The position numbers were made by a program, and so were the translations under genes. A DNA stretch of 64,000 nucleotides. Source: Chiloscyllium plagiosum (lineage: Eukaryota). Under the pieces are notes generated by a model. It saw nothing but the letters and a program-made list of their open reading frames with translations. It had not been told where the DNA came from and did no database searches. The stretch covers positions 54,211,607 to 54,275,606 of the forward strand of contig NC_057728.1 in the NCBI RefSeq assembly GCF_004010195.1. The letters are read 5' to 3'. Shown one piece after another: positions 1-13,007 of this stretch (its first letter is position 1; every line of letters starts with the position of its first letter).

Positions 1-796
1 ATGTAGGTTGGGACTTCTATCTTATACTTTTGGGTGATAAGAGACAGATGAGTGAATTAAAGGAAAAAGGTATAATTCAATTTTCTGTCTAAACAGGTTG
101 ATTTGATTTGCTCAAATCAAAACTTGTCTCACTGCACTCTTCTGTAGGTTTCTTTAAATCTAAATGTTTAGTGTCCCTTCAAAATACACACAGGGTGCCA
201 CCACTAAAATGTTCTGAATAAAATTTTAAATGGCATCCATCTGTGCATGCAGGTATACCCACAGTGCTGTTGCAACTGCAAGGAACAGCAAGAGTTTAAG
301 ATATTATATTTGAACTGCTTGTTTTTCAGTCAGCTTGCAAACTTGCAGCATAAGTTACATTACCAGTGCAAAAAACATTAATTACTAGTTGCAAATTCTT
401 AATGTAGTAACTTGGGGAACCTGTCCATTTAACTAAATGTATTAGTAAAATTGCATGTTTTTGTAAAATGCAAAATGTGCAACTTTGTTAAAGGCAACAA
501 ATTTAACAATTTGCATTAGTTTATTTTAATGATTTTGTTCATAATCATTAAATTTTTATTCTATATTTCAGAAGATGTCACCAAGAGGATTAATTCATTT
601 GAATCGTCATTTAAAAAATGCATGGGCAGTTGCCAGGTTGATGATTAGTGATGGACAGGCACAAACCAATTTTGTACATGTTGCTCTACCTAGTGGTAGC
701 ACTGGATGCAAATACTATAATAATCTCTCTAATTCGCTCACTCCAGCAAATGTCAGAATACATTTTCTCCTGACTTCTCCTCCCATTTTGGATACA

Positions 797-970
797 TAGT
801 CATAGATATTTCAGCATGAATAGAGACCCTTCAATCCAACTTGTCCATGCTGGCCAGATATTCCACATTAATCTAGTCCCATTTGCCAGCATTTGGCCAG
901 TATCCCTCTCCATTCTTTCTATTCGTATACCCATCCAGCTATCTCTCTAAATGTTGCAATGGTACCAGCT
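797..970 (-). mobile_element. CR1 LINE 3' tail fragment
   Basis: Reverse complement of the CR1 3' end seen at 32400-32568. Confidence 0.75.
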
Positions 971-979
971 GTCTCCAGC

Positions 980-2250
980 TATTGCTGGACCCTTTGCTGA
1001 GATTTGTATCGTAAATAGTTGCAGGTGAGGTGCTAGAGGCTGAAGATTTGGCTACTGTACCACTATTTTAAGAAAGATGGTAAAGATAAGCCAGGGGACT
1101 CTAGACCGGTGAGCCTGACTTTGGGCAAGTTGTTGGAGGGAATCCTCAGAGACAGGAATTACATTCCTTTTGAAAGGCAAAGACTAATTATGGATAGTCA
1201 GTATGGCTTTGTGTGTGGGAAATAATGTCTTGAATTTGAGCTTAATAATGAAGTAACTAAGGTTTTGAGGGCAGAGCAGTGGATGTGATCTATATGGACT
1301 TCAGTAAGGTGTTTGACAAGGTTATCCATGGAAGACTAGTTAGCAAGGTTAGATCTCATGGAATACAGAGAACTAGCCATTTGGATACAGTACTGGCTCA
1401 AAGGTAGAAGTTGGAGAGTTGTTTTTCAGCCCGTGTCCAGGAGTGCCACAAGGATCGGTGCTGGGTCCACTACGTTTCGTCACTTATATAAATGATTTGG
1501 ATGTGAGCATAAGAGATATAGTTAGTAAGTTTGCAGATGTTACCAAAATAGGAGGTGGTGTGGACAGCAAATAAGGTTACCTCAGATTACAACAGGATCT
1601 TGATCAGGTGGGCCAATGGGCTGAGGAATGGTAGATGAGATGTTGCATTTTGTGAAAGCAAATCTTAGCAGGACTTCAACACTCCCTAGTATCTTACCAA
1701 GGAGTGTTTATTAACAAAGACCTTGGAGTGCAAGTTCATAGCTCCTTAAGGTGGTATGCTTTCCTTTATTGGTCAGAGTATTGAGTATAGGAGTTAGGAG
1801 GTCATGTGGCTGTACAGGATGTTGGTTAGGCTACTTTTTAAAATATTGCATGCAAATCTGGTCTCCTTCATATCGGAAGGATGTTGTGAAACTTGAAAGG
1901 GTTCAGAAAAGATTTACAAGGATGTTGCCAGGGTTGGAGGATCTGAGCTGTCGGGAGAGGTTGAATAGGCTGGGGCTGTTTTTCCTGGAATGTCAGAGGT
2001 TTAAGGGTGACCTATTATAAAGGCTTATAAAATCACGAGGGGTATGGATAGGATAAATGTCTTTTCCCTGGGGTGGAGAGTCCAGAACTAGAGGGCATAG
2101 AGCCCTCTAGTTTAGGGTGAGAGGGGAAAGATATAAAAGGGACTTCAGGGGCAGTGTTTTCATGCAGAGGGTGGTGCGTCTATGGAATGAGCTGTTAGAG
2201 GACATGGTGGAGGCTGGTACAATTGCAGCATTTAAATGGCATCTGGATAG
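980..2250 (+). mobile_element. Decayed CR1 LINE, RT region
   Basis: Colinear with 31060-32420. Remnant peptides (KLERVQKRFTRMLPGL). Confidence 0.9.
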
Positions 2251-4935
2251 GGATGGGTAGGGCTGACTAGATTAATGTTCCAGGATACAAATCCTACAAG
2301 AAGGATAGAAAGGGAGGCAAGAGGAGGGGAGTTGCACTTTTGATAAAGGATAGCAATAAAGCTGTGCTGAATGAGGATATTCCTGGAAATACATGGAAGT
2401 TAATTGGGTGGAATTGAGAAATAAGTGATGGCCTTTTATTGGGATTGTATTATAGACCCCCTAATAGTCAGAGGGAAATTGAGAAACAAACTTGTAAGGA
2501 GATCTCAGCTATCTGTAAGAATAATAGGATGGTTATGGTGGGGGATTTTAACTTCCCAAACACACACTGGGACTGCCATAGTGTTAAGGGTCTAGATGGA
2601 GAGGAATTTGTGTACAAGACAATTTTCTGATTTGGGTATGTGGATGTACCTACGAGAAGGTGCAAAACTTGACCTACTCTTGGGAAATAAGGCCGGGCAG
2701 GTGACTGAGGTGTCAGTGAGGGAGCCCTTTGAGGCCAGCGGCCATTATTCTATTTAGATTTAAAATAGTGATGGAAAAGGATAGACCAGATCTAAAAGTT
2801 TCATTTCTAAATTGGAGAAAGGCCAATTTTGACAGTATTAGGCAAGAACTTTCAAAAGCTGATTTGGAGGCAGATGTTTGCAGGTAAAGGGATGGCTGGA
2901 AAATGGGAAGCCTTCAGAAATTAGGTAATGAGAAAGTATATTCCTGTCAGGGTGAAAGGAAAGGCTGGTCTGTATAAGGAATGCTGGATGACTAAGAAAT
3001 TGAGGGTTTGGTTAAGAAAAAGAAGGAAGCCTATCTAAGGTATAGACAGGATAGATCGAGTGAATCCTTAGAGTATAAAGGAAGTAGAAGTTTACTTAAG
3101 AGGGAAGTCAGGAGGGCAGAAAGGGGACATAGCTTTGGCAAATAGAATTAAGGAGAATCCAAAGTTTTTCCAAATACATATAAGAACAAAAAGGTAACTA
3201 GGGAGAGAATACAACCCCTCAAAGATCAGCAAGGCAGCCTTTGTGTGGAGCCGCAGAAAATGGGGGAGATAGTAAACTAGTATTTTGCATCAGTACTTGC
3301 TGTGGAAAAGGATATGGAAGATATTGACTGTAGGGAAATAGATGGTGGCATCTTGCAAAATGTCCCGATTTACAGAGGAGGAAGTGCTGGATGCCTTGAA
3401 ACAGGTAAAGGTGGATAAATCCCCAGGACCTGATCGGGTGTACCCAAGAACACTCTGGGAAGCTAGAGAAGTGATTGCTGGGCCTCTTGCTGAGATATTT
3501 GTACCATCGATAGTCACAGGTGAGGTGCTGGAAGACTGGAGGTTGGCAAACATGGTGCCACTGTTTAAGAAGGGTGGTAAGGACCAGCCAGGGAACTATA
3601 GACCAGTGAGCCTGACCTCGGTGGTGGGCAAGTTGTTGGAGGGAATCCTGAGGGACAGGATGTATGTGTATTTGGAAAGGCAAGGACTGATTAGGGATGG
3701 TGAACATGGCTTTGTGTGTGGGAAGTCATGTCTCTCAAACTTGATTCTGTTTTTTGAGGAAGTGACAGGATTGAGGGCAGACCGGTCAGTGATGTATGTG
3801 GACTTCAGTAAGGTGTTCAACAAGGTTGCCCATGGGAGTTTGGTTAGATATCTCAGAATAGAGGGAGAACTCTCCATTTGGATACAGAACTGGCTGAAAG
3901 GTAGAAGACAGAGGGTGGTGGTGGAGGGTTGCTTTTCAGACTGGAGGCCTGTGACCAGTGGAGTGCCACAAGGATCGGTGCTGGGTCCTCTACTTTGCTC
4001 ATTTACGCAAGTGAGCATAGGAGGTACAGTTAGTAATTTTGCAGCTGACTCCAAAATTGGAGGTGTAGTGGACAGCGAAGAGGGTTACCTCGGATTACAA
4101 CAAGATCTTGACCAGATGGGCCAATGGGCTGAGGAGTAGCAGATGGAGTTTAATTCTGATGAGGTGCTGCATTTTGGGAAAAAGTCCTGCTAAGATTTGT
4201 ACACTTAATGGTAAGGTCCTAGGGAATGTTGCTGAACAAAGACCTTGGGGTGCAGGTTCATTAGCTCCCTTGAAAGTAGAGGCACAGGTAGATAGGATAG
4301 TGAAGGAGGCATTGGGTATGCTTTTCTTTATTGGTCAGAGTATTGAGTACAGGAGTTGGGAGGTCATGTTGCAGCTGTGCAGGACATTGGTTAGGCCACT
4401 ATTGGAATATTGCACGCAATTCTGGTCTCCTTCCTAACGGAAAGATGTTGTGAAACTCAAAAGGGTTTAGAAAATACTGACTTGGATGTTGCCAGGGTTA
4501 GAGGATTTGAGCGACAGGGAGAGGTTGAACTGGCTGGGCTTGTTTTTCCCTAGAGTGTCGGAGGCTGACGGGTGACCTTAGAGGTTTACAAAATTGAGAG
4601 CATTGATAGGATAAATAGGCAAAGTCTTTTCCCTGGGGTTGGGAAGCCCATAGGTTTAGGGTGAGTGGGGAAAGATATAAAAGAGACCCAAGGGGCAATG
4701 TTTTCATGCAGAGGGTGGTACGAACTGCCAGAGGAATGAACTGGAATGAACTGCCAGAGGAAGTGGTGGAGGCTGGTACAATTGCAACATTTTAAAAGGC
4801 ATCTGGATGGGTATAGGTTTGGAGGGATATGGGCTGGATGCTGGCAGGTGGGACTAGATTGGGTTGGGATATCTGGTAGGTTGGCATGGATGAGTTGGAC
4901 CGAAGGGTCTGTTTCCGTACTGTGCATCTGACTTT
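2251..4935 (+). mobile_element. Decayed 5'-truncated CR1 LINE (APE endonuclease + RT + 3' tail)
   Basis: GLYYRPPNS and VGDFNFP (endonuclease); [23 protein letters not shown] (RT); multiple frameshifts. Confidence 0.93.
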
Positions 4936-4939
4936 ATTT

Positions 4940-5500
4940 ATGGCAGCTCATTTCCCACACCAAAACCCTCTGGATACATTGCCTTTTTAGGCCCCTTTTT
5001 AAATCGATTCCCTCATCTTAAACCGAAGCCCTCTGGTTTTGGATTCTGTGGTGAAAAGGTCCTTGTGTATTCACCCTGTGCACCAAATGATTTTCTTAAA
5101 CCTCGATAGGGTCACCCTTCAGCCTCCAATGATAAAGGAGAAAAGCCCCAGCCTAATCAGCCTTTTCCTATAGCTCAAACCCTCCAACCCTGGCAACATT
5201 CTTGTAAATCCTTTCTGAACCCTTTCAAGTTTCACAACATCCTTCCAATAACAGGGAGACCAATATTCTGAAAGTGCCCTGACCAAAGTCCTATACAGTC
5301 ACAACATGGCCTCTGAACTCCTGCACTCAATACACTTGCCAATAAAGGCAAGCATACTAAATTCCTTCATACCCTGTCTACCTGCAACTCCAATTTCAAG
5401 AAACAATGAATCTGCACCCTAAGAGCCTCTGTTCAGTAACACTCCTGGACCATACTATTAAGTATAAAAGTCCTAGCCTGATTTGCCATGCCACAATGAC
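4940..5500 (-). mobile_element. Decayed CR1 3' RT fragment, tail-to-tail with the preceding copy
   Basis: Reverse complement resembles 31800-32370. Confidence 0.8.
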
Positions 5501-5837
5501 CCCTCTTGTCTTAGTACTTAACTTTTAAGAATTTGTATTTCCTTTATCATTGTCGTCATAACTGCTTTGGGAGTTTCTCTTCCCTACTGTAGCTTTTTAC
5601 GTATTCCTTGTCCTCATGAACTTTTATGCACACTGTCTAGGAGTTTAGGAACAATTCTATAATTTCAACTTTCCATCTTTCAAAGAATATTGCAATAATT
5701 CCATTGGTGCTTTGTTTCCCAAACATGCTTGGAGTAAGTACACTTTCACTCCAAGTGCCTATAGATTCATTGGAGTTGAGATCAGTGAGTTTATGGTTCT
5801 ATGACTAGTTTCCTTCTGTAAACAAAGAACAGCTAAA

Positions 5838-6389
5838 GTTGAGAGTACTAAACACTTGTGTATTTTTGCTCTACAATAGGCAAAGTCACCTTGCATCAGA
5901 TGGTAAAGTGATAATGTCAGTAATCCAGGACCCTGGGTCAGTCTGCAGATATGGGTTGGAACCCTACCATTGAAGGTGAAATTTTAAATCCAATAAGTCT
6001 CTGAAATAAAAAGCTAGCCTAATGGCAACCGTATTAGCAGCATCTCTTGCTGTGACGACCCATCTCTTTGTAATTGGAAGTAACATGCCACTTATGGAAC
6101 GTGGGCATAACAAGACCAGGCCAAGAATGAATGCCAGATTTCCTTCCTTAAAAAAGACTGAATTAGATAGGTCTTCATGGCAAGAGATGCTAATACGGTT
6201 GCCATTAGGCTAGCTTTTTATTTCAGAGACTTATTGGATTTAAAATTTCACCTACAATGGTAGGGTTCCAACCCATATCTGTAGACTGACCCAGGGTCCT
6301 GGATTACTGACATTATCACTTTACCATCTGATGCAAGGTGACTTTGCCTATTGTAGAGCAAAAATACACCAGTGTTTAGTACCCTGAAC
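5838..6389. repeat. Long inverted repeat, ~225-bp arms (5838-6065 / 6165-6389), ~99-bp spacer
   Basis: The arms are read directly as near-exact reverse complements. Confidence 0.95.
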
Positions 6390-6999
6390 ATGGGAAAGAT
6401 CTGATACAATGCAGCTTTTTTTTTAACCTAGTCAAAAGACAACGAAACCTAGGTGTTTGCTTCGGTCCTCTTTTGTCTGTGCCTTCTGGTCAGCAACACT
6501 CATAGATTGCAACTATGACCATTTACATGGTCCCAACATAAAAGGCTCATGAATGTTTGACCTGTACATGCATTCTGTGGTTCATTATTTCAGAATACTG
6601 CTGTTTTACTGCTTTGATAATAGCCTTGAGAGCTGCAAATGGACTGATACCTTTTAAGTAGAAGGAAAGCCCTTGAGAGATTTTTGCACAGTTAATTCTC
6701 TTCACTGTTGGTATATACTAAGTAACCTAATTAAGTCAGTCAACTACTTCAACTTTTCATTGTTCTGTCTTTGTCTTTCCTAACTATCTGAAAGACTGCC
6801 ATGTGGAACAATGTTGTCAAACATTATCCTTCAAGGCTTGTGAAGTGTCTGGTGTTTGCAGGATTTTCTTAGTTGCACTTCAAGTTAGTTGAAAATAAAG
6901 CATTCATGCTGCAATAATTGTTCTTCCAGAACTTGATCAAGTACTCTGAAATAATATGGTTCAATTATTTTTAAACATTAAAAATTGTTTGAATTTTAG

Positions 7000-7213
7000 G
7001 ATTCTCCGTTGAAGGCTGTGCAAATGCTTTGGGTAAACTTGATCATGGACACGTTTGCATCACTTGCTTTAGCCACTGAACCACCCACAGAAGCACTCCT
7101 GCTACGGAGGCCTTATGGCAGAAATAAACCACTAATTTCTCGTACTATGATGAAGAATATCTTGGGTCATGCTGTCTACCAACTCGTCGTTGTTTTTACA
7201 CTCTTGTTTGCTG
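7000..7213 (+). CDS. ATP2B1: ATP2B1/PMCA1 internal exon ([29 protein letters not shown]...FTLLFA, TM6-TM7 region)
   Basis: ttttag| acceptor at 6999, |gtaagc donor at 7214, 214 nt. The translation carries the P2B ATPase signature [15 protein letters not shown]. Confidence 0.97.
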
Positions 7214-7754
7214 GTAAGCAGTGTTGTGAATCCTCCAGCTTCAGAATTTTTAATTAGGATTTAAATGCCAGTGGCTTGAGGTTAACTAAAATAGCATTTA
7301 AGATTTTAGTTAGAAAATGTTTTGATTTTGGATTACAAATGACTTCATCGGAGTTGATACTTGTAAGCTCTTTAAAAATCAGTAACTTAATTTATTTGTA
7401 GGATTAAAAAGCTGGAGCTGAAATTAGGTTTACTATAACTTCCTCTGGGCTACTTCAGAGGTTTGCATTGGCTCTGCAGAGGTGTTTTTTTTCTTCCCAA
7501 ATTCTAGAAAGAATTGCAAGTTTAAAAACTGAGCCCAGCAATTCAGTAAAAAGAAATGAGGCCCAAAGGTTAGGTAGGTGTTTGTTAGCCAGTAAACTAA
7601 TGGGACCTATTATTGTACAGTTGGAGTAGGAATCGCTTTTGATAAACTTTTTACAAAAGGGAAATCATTTGACTTGAAGAAAACCAGCAAGGTAGAGGAG
7701 GGGATCCTGTAAAATGTAGGTTTGAATTTTAATAAATCTTCCACTAAAAGAGCG

Positions 7755-8180
7755 GGTCAGCAGCTAGGAATACTGATGAGCAACTCATGCCTGACTCCCA
7801 AAAACCTGTCTACAAGACTGGAGTGACATAGAATACTCCCCACTTTATTGGATTGGTGCAGCTCCAACAACACTAAGCTTGGCACAATAGAGGACAAACC
7901 AGCCCACATCACATCCACAATCAACCACTCCTTCCTCCAACACCTGATACATGCTGCTACTATCTACAAGATGCACTGCAAAAATTCTCTCGCATCCTTA
8001 GACAGCTCCTTCCAAACCCCCAATCACTTTCATCTCGTAAGACAAAATCAGTAGGTACATGGGAACATATAGCAGGTGGGCTGCAGTGGTTCAAGATGGC
8101 AACTAGGGCTGGGCAATAAATGCTGGCCAGCCAATAATGCTCATCCCACAATGCTCACATCCCACACATGAATAAATATG
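7755..8180 (+). mobile_element. Old LINE 3' fragment (CR1/L2 group) whose 3' tail (gggcaataaatgctggcc...cacatccca) is shared with a SINE family in the window
   Basis: Tail matches 63240-63290 and the reverse complement of 32830-32880, 41860-41920 and 54390-54440. Confidence 0.6.
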
Positions 8181-8615
8181 AAGAAAACTTGTCTCTACTG
8201 TCTGATGGAATGGGAGTTGGCTGTTTCTAAATTTCACAAAATAAAGCAAAATGAAAACTGATCAAGCACGATGCTGAAATTCGGGAAAAATTAAAGATGT
8301 AAAGTTTTTCATGAAGAGAAGTAGATAAGTTATGTGCTGTGAAAAGAATGAACCCAACCTGAATTTGTTTACTTTGTTTAATTGAAATCCCAAAGCTTCA
8401 CACTAGTTGTCCAGGCTAAATTTGCTGTGACCAATCACTTGGACATGAAGGGAAAGGCTATTTGGCTACAATAAGTAGCTTCTGTTGGAATTAACTTTCA
8501 ATTGGGGATGGGGAAGGTTTTTTAATCTAAATTTATTTGACTTTGCAGATTTTGTAGCCATTTTGTATTCCTACTTGAATTTGTCTTTTAAATGTAACCT
8601 TTTCAATTAATTCAG

Positions 8616-8827
8616 GTGAAAAAATATTTGACATTGACAGTGGACGAAATGCTCCTCTTCACGCCCCCCCTTCAGAGCACTACACAATTGTATTTAATAC
8701 ATTTGTCATGATGCAGTTATTTAATGAAGTGAATGCTCGAAAAATTCATGGTGAAAGAAATGTTTTTGATGGAATTTTCAACAATATAATATTTTGTACA
8801 ATTGTACTGGGAACATTTATTGTACAG
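8616..8827 (+). CDS. ATP2B1: ATP2B1 exon ([50 protein letters not shown]...IVQ)
   Basis: ttcag| acceptor, |gtaagt donor, 212 nt, in phase with the previous exon. PMCA TM8 motif present. Confidence 0.97.
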
Positions 8828-8918
8828 GTAAGTGACTGCTTTGACAAACTTATGCTAATATTTGATTTTAAATATTGCACTTTTTCGTTTGCAGTCTCAA
8901 TATTTATTTTTTTTCCAG

Positions 8919-9026
8919 ATCATTATTGTTCAATTTGGTGGGAAGCCATTTAGCTGTACTAAGCTAACAACTGATCAATGGTTATGGTGCATTTTTCTTG
9001 GAATGGGAACACTAATCTGGGGACAG
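8919..9026 (+). CDS. ATP2B1: ATP2B1 108-nt exon ([13 protein letters not shown]...WGQ; PMCA splice-site B exon)
   Basis: ttccag| acceptor, |gtaagc donor. It follows a 91-nt intron. Confidence 0.97.
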
Positions 9027-9616
9027 GTAAGCAATTTGCTTTTAGTTACCTTGCATTTTATTATAGGAACAGTTTGTCTTGCAGAGAAATCTTTTTTGTT
9101 TTCAATGTACTGTTACCATAAGTCAGTTACCAGTTGGAAATAATTTGTCATAACATTGTGAATATTTGTCATGATTCCCTCCTGAAAACAAAATTTGAAT
9201 AAAAGGCAGAGTTGGTTTGTGAAGCATAGAATGCCTGGTCTAGATTGTTAGGTCTATTGTGATTTTAAATTGTCTAAGACTGGCCAGTGCCACTTTACAG
9301 AATTCGGTGATCTATATATTTCACGAAGTTTTCATGTTCTCTGGTGTTCGGAGGCTAATTATTTCAGTGTTGGATTGGTATTGATAGTAATCTGTTTAAT
9401 ACTTAAACAATGGCTAAGTGTTCTAACCTTTTGGTGGCTGGTGTTAACTAGATCACCAGCCATCTACAAATTGTTAGGAACACTTAGGCATTTCACTGGA
9501 CAAATCTGTGCTAAGCTTTATGGAGTTTCAATTTGATTTATCATGTACTTAAGTACAATGAAGAGCTTTGTTTACAAGCAGTATAGGCCGATCAAAGTAA
9601 GCGAGGACATCCATTA

Positions 9617-10208
9617 TGCTATGGACCAGGTCAGACCCCCTCAAGGTAGCCTAAACCCTAACTTTTCTAGTTTGTTTTAAGCAGGTGTTAGGTGGATATT
9701 TCAGGAGTGATGCAGCAGGCCCAACTACGCAAAACAATTTTATTTGCAAGACTATTGAATGAAACAAAGGAACAGAATATAGAATAACTTAACCTATTTG
9801 AAAACACAACATATTGTGTGACCTTCATAATTCTGTTCCAAATTCCTGCAATGATCCTCATAGACAGCTCTTGCCAAAAAAGGTAAAATCAAACACTGGG
9901 TCTTGCAAGGGAGAGATGGCAGAGATTCAGCATGGAACACCCTCCATGACTAGCAGCCTCAAACTGCCTGCTTGCTAAAAACCAAACAAGAAAAAAGTGG
10001 GGCTGGGAGAACTAGCCACACCCCATTATTGTACATGTTTTCTTAACCTGAAAACCTTTTTTCCCCTGAGGCAGTATCTGTCATAATCAAATTGGCTCTC
10101 GAACCTATCCAAACCAGATGCATTAGAACTTCTGGGGTTATGGCCCCTCTGGAAACAAAAACCAAGGACAACATTGTTAAAGGGGCAGTAGCATCTCACT
10201 TCATAGCA
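9617..10208. mobile_element. Probable solo LTR (TGCTATG...CATAGCA termini) inserted into a LINE
   Basis: 592 bp bounded by a 7-bp terminal inverted repeat with TG...CA ends. No clear TSD. Confidence 0.45.
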
Positions 10209-10209
10209 T

Positions 10210-11345
10210 GGAAAAACAAACTTTGACAGTAGCATACAGATTACATCACTAAGGTTGTGCAGTAGGAAAGTTCAACATTTAACTAAATGCTGATCTTTTT
10301 ATAGTCCATTCATCAGTCCAATAACAGGGAAGAAGTTCTTCAACCTACTGGTGAATGTATTCGAGCTTCTGTATTCTACCTGATGGAAGAGGTCCTGGGA
10401 AAGCATTGCTAGGGGTCCATGGCAAGAAGTGTAATTGAGCCCACAGATGGGAGGTTGGCTTCCATAATGTCCGGGCAATGCACATAACCATCTGGTGTTT
10501 TCTTACAGTCCTGGGCAGAGCAGTTGCTGTACCAGGCTGTTAAACAACTGGACAGTATGTTTCAATGGTGCACTTTAAGTTGGTGAGGGACCTTTTTATG
10601 GTCATGTCAAATTTCCTGAGCTGCCGAAGGCAGAGGTGGTGGTGGTGTGCTGCCTTGACCATCTCATCTATGTGGAAAGTCCAAGTCAAGTTAACTTTTA
10701 GGAACCTGACTCTCCCCTTCCCCTCAACCTCTGTTCCATTAATGTAGATAGGGGTATGTTCTCCCTTTTTGAAGTCAATGATCAGTTCTTTAGTTGTCTG
10801 ATTTTTGGGAGAGAGATTTTTCTCATTGCACCACATTAGCAAGCCTTCTATCATCCTCCTGTATTCTGACTCATTTGATATGGCCTACCACTGTGGTAAT
10901 CAACAAACTTGCAGATGATGTTTGTTCAGAATTTAGTAACCTGGTAGTGGGTGTACAGGAAGTACAGCAGGGGACTGGGGATACATCCCTTGGGTGGGGG
11001 GTGGTGGCTTCAGTGAGCTGCATTGTGAAGTTGTAGTGTGGGTCAGAAAGCTGAGGATCATATTGTGGAGGGCAGAGATGAGACCTTGGTCTGAGTTTTG
11101 AGATCAGTCTGGAGGGGTTAATGATATTGAAGGCAGAGCTGTAGTCGGTGAGGAGTCTGACATAGGTTGCCTTGTCCAGATGTTCCAGGGATGAGTGCAG
11201 TGCTTGGGGAAAGGGCATCCGCTGTGGAATGCTGTATCGGTAGACAGATTGCAGGGGATTGAGGCAGAGTAGAATTGATGTGGGCCATGACCAGCCATTC
11301 TAAGCACTGATTGTGGAGGTCAGAGCCACTGGACTAGTCATTAAA
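10210..11345 (-). mobile_element. Decayed Rex1/Babar-like LINE RT
   Basis: Remnant peptides LHSSLEHLDKATYVRLLTDYSSAFNII and TKELIIDF are typical of Rex-Babar RT. Confidence 0.7.
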
Positions 11346-12014
11346 GTATGTTGCAGTTATTTCTCCTTTTAAGAGCAGTAACAAGGAATTTGAAGATAGC
11401 TAGTTTTTACTGTTTCTGATAAAACTTGCCCCTTAACCAGACTGAACAATTAGTATGCCAACCACACTGCATCTTAAATGTTTTTTTTTTTAAAAAAAAA
11501 AGGGGGGTACTTGGGCAAAAGCGATTGGAGATTAGGTCAAGAAGCAAAAGGACACCTCATTGAATCCTGTGGAATAATGCTATTGAACTGTTCCCCAGCA
11601 ATTTTTCTCCACTTAACGTTTCTTTTGATTCATCTGTTAGCATGCATGTGAGTTTAGTGGTAGTGTTTATTAAGCAAGAGAGTTATGTTCATTGCTCGCT
11701 TGTCTTGAGAATGGAGGCTTTCTGCAGCTGTATTGTTCATGATCTGTCCGAAAGCAAATCTGTGATGAGCACCACTGGCCCACATTAACTGGTACTTATT
11801 CTTGTTTTTGAATGAATAGTTTGTCTATGGGCAAAGCTTCCATGAGCACACACTAAGTTCAGCAATCATCTCTACTCTGCATGCTCTCTCCCCCCCCCAC
11901 CTTGAAAAGGCAACAGTAAATATAATTGAGTTCCAGTGAGGTGTTCAAAACTCCTCTTCCCGTTTCCTTGGTTTAAAACAGTATCATTTTTCCATTTTTG
12001 TCCTCAATATTAAG

Positions 12015-12240
12015 TCACATAGGCCAAGTGAGGATGGTAATTTCCTTCCCTAAAGGACATTAGTGAGGTTTGGTTTTTCTGACCATCGAATGGATTCATG
12101 GTCATCATTAATTCCAGATTTATTTTCATTGAATTCAAATTTGACCATCTGCTGTGGTGGAATTTGAACCTGGGTCCTCAGAACATCTAGGTGTCTGGAT
12201 TAACAGTTCTGCAATAATCCCAGTAGGCCATTGCCCCCTC
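12015..12240 (-). mobile_element. tRNA-derived SINE family B copy (others near 6100-6330, 33180-33460, 41200-41460, 54380-54640, 58820-59100 on -, and 62905-63295 on +)
   Basis: Shared core ggttcactaatgtcctttagggaaggaaatctgcc-like motif and a B-box-like ggttcaaattcc. Confidence 0.7.
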
Positions 12241-12520
12241 TGTAGACAAGACTACATTCAATTTGCCTTCCTAGTCACGATGTACCTGCTTAGACTCATC
12301 CTTTCAATGTTGGTCTGCAGTCTCTCCCATTTATCCTTCTCTTGATGGAATTCTGATCAATTTTAAACTTAGATTTGAAGTTGAAATCTATAGAGTATTG
12401 AATAAGCTAATTTGAATTCTTTGAATAAGCTGTTTGAATTTCTACACTGAGTTGAGAGAATTATTTTGAAGTTTAAGTGAAATTCAGTAGTTGACTTGAA
12501 ACTAATGTTTCTGTTTATAG

Positions 12521-12703
12521 ATGATTGCTACAATTCCAACAAGTCACTTAACATTTCTCAAAGAAGCTGGACTTGGCACACAAAAGGACGAGATACCAGA
12601 GGATGAGTTGGAAGAAGATATTGAAGAAATTGACCATGCAGAGAGAGAATTACGTCATGGTCAGATCTTGTGGTTCAGAGGTCTTAACAGAATACAGACT
12701 CAG
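12521..12703 (+). CDS. ATP2B1: ATP2B1 exon with acidic region and N-half of the calmodulin-binding domain (...[19 protein letters not shown])
   Basis: tttatag| acceptor, CAG|gtataa donor, 183 nt. PMCA CaM-binding motif present. Confidence 0.97.
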
Positions 12704-13007
12704 GTATAAATGCAATATTATCAGCCATGCTCCTGTTGAATGGTAGAGCAAGCTCAAGGGGCCAAATGCCCTTCACCTGTTCCAATTTTCTTATGGTCTT
12801 ATTTACCTACTTTTGGAATGGAAGAAAAGGCCTGTGCCAGGATTACCCCAGACTACTTTGCTTTTTATTAACTGTAACTCTACTGCTGTCCTGTAAACTC
12901 TTGCCTTTTAGTAATTTCTGCTTGTGTATTATAGATCGGATGGTTTTCTTTTTTCTTTCTTTCTTTCTCTCTCTGAACAAGCTGTCACATTCTCTGGTTC
13001 CTTGCAG

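Noticed and set aside
3342..4139. 265-aa RT-like ORF (also 30833-31618 and 37824-38705) as host genes or a novel RT system
   Set aside because: These are fragments of multi-copy CR1 ORF2 with flanking stops and frameshifts.
11480..11507. T-run/A-run palindrome (also near 19077 and 20058)
   Set aside because: Simple homopolymer slippage; no further structure.
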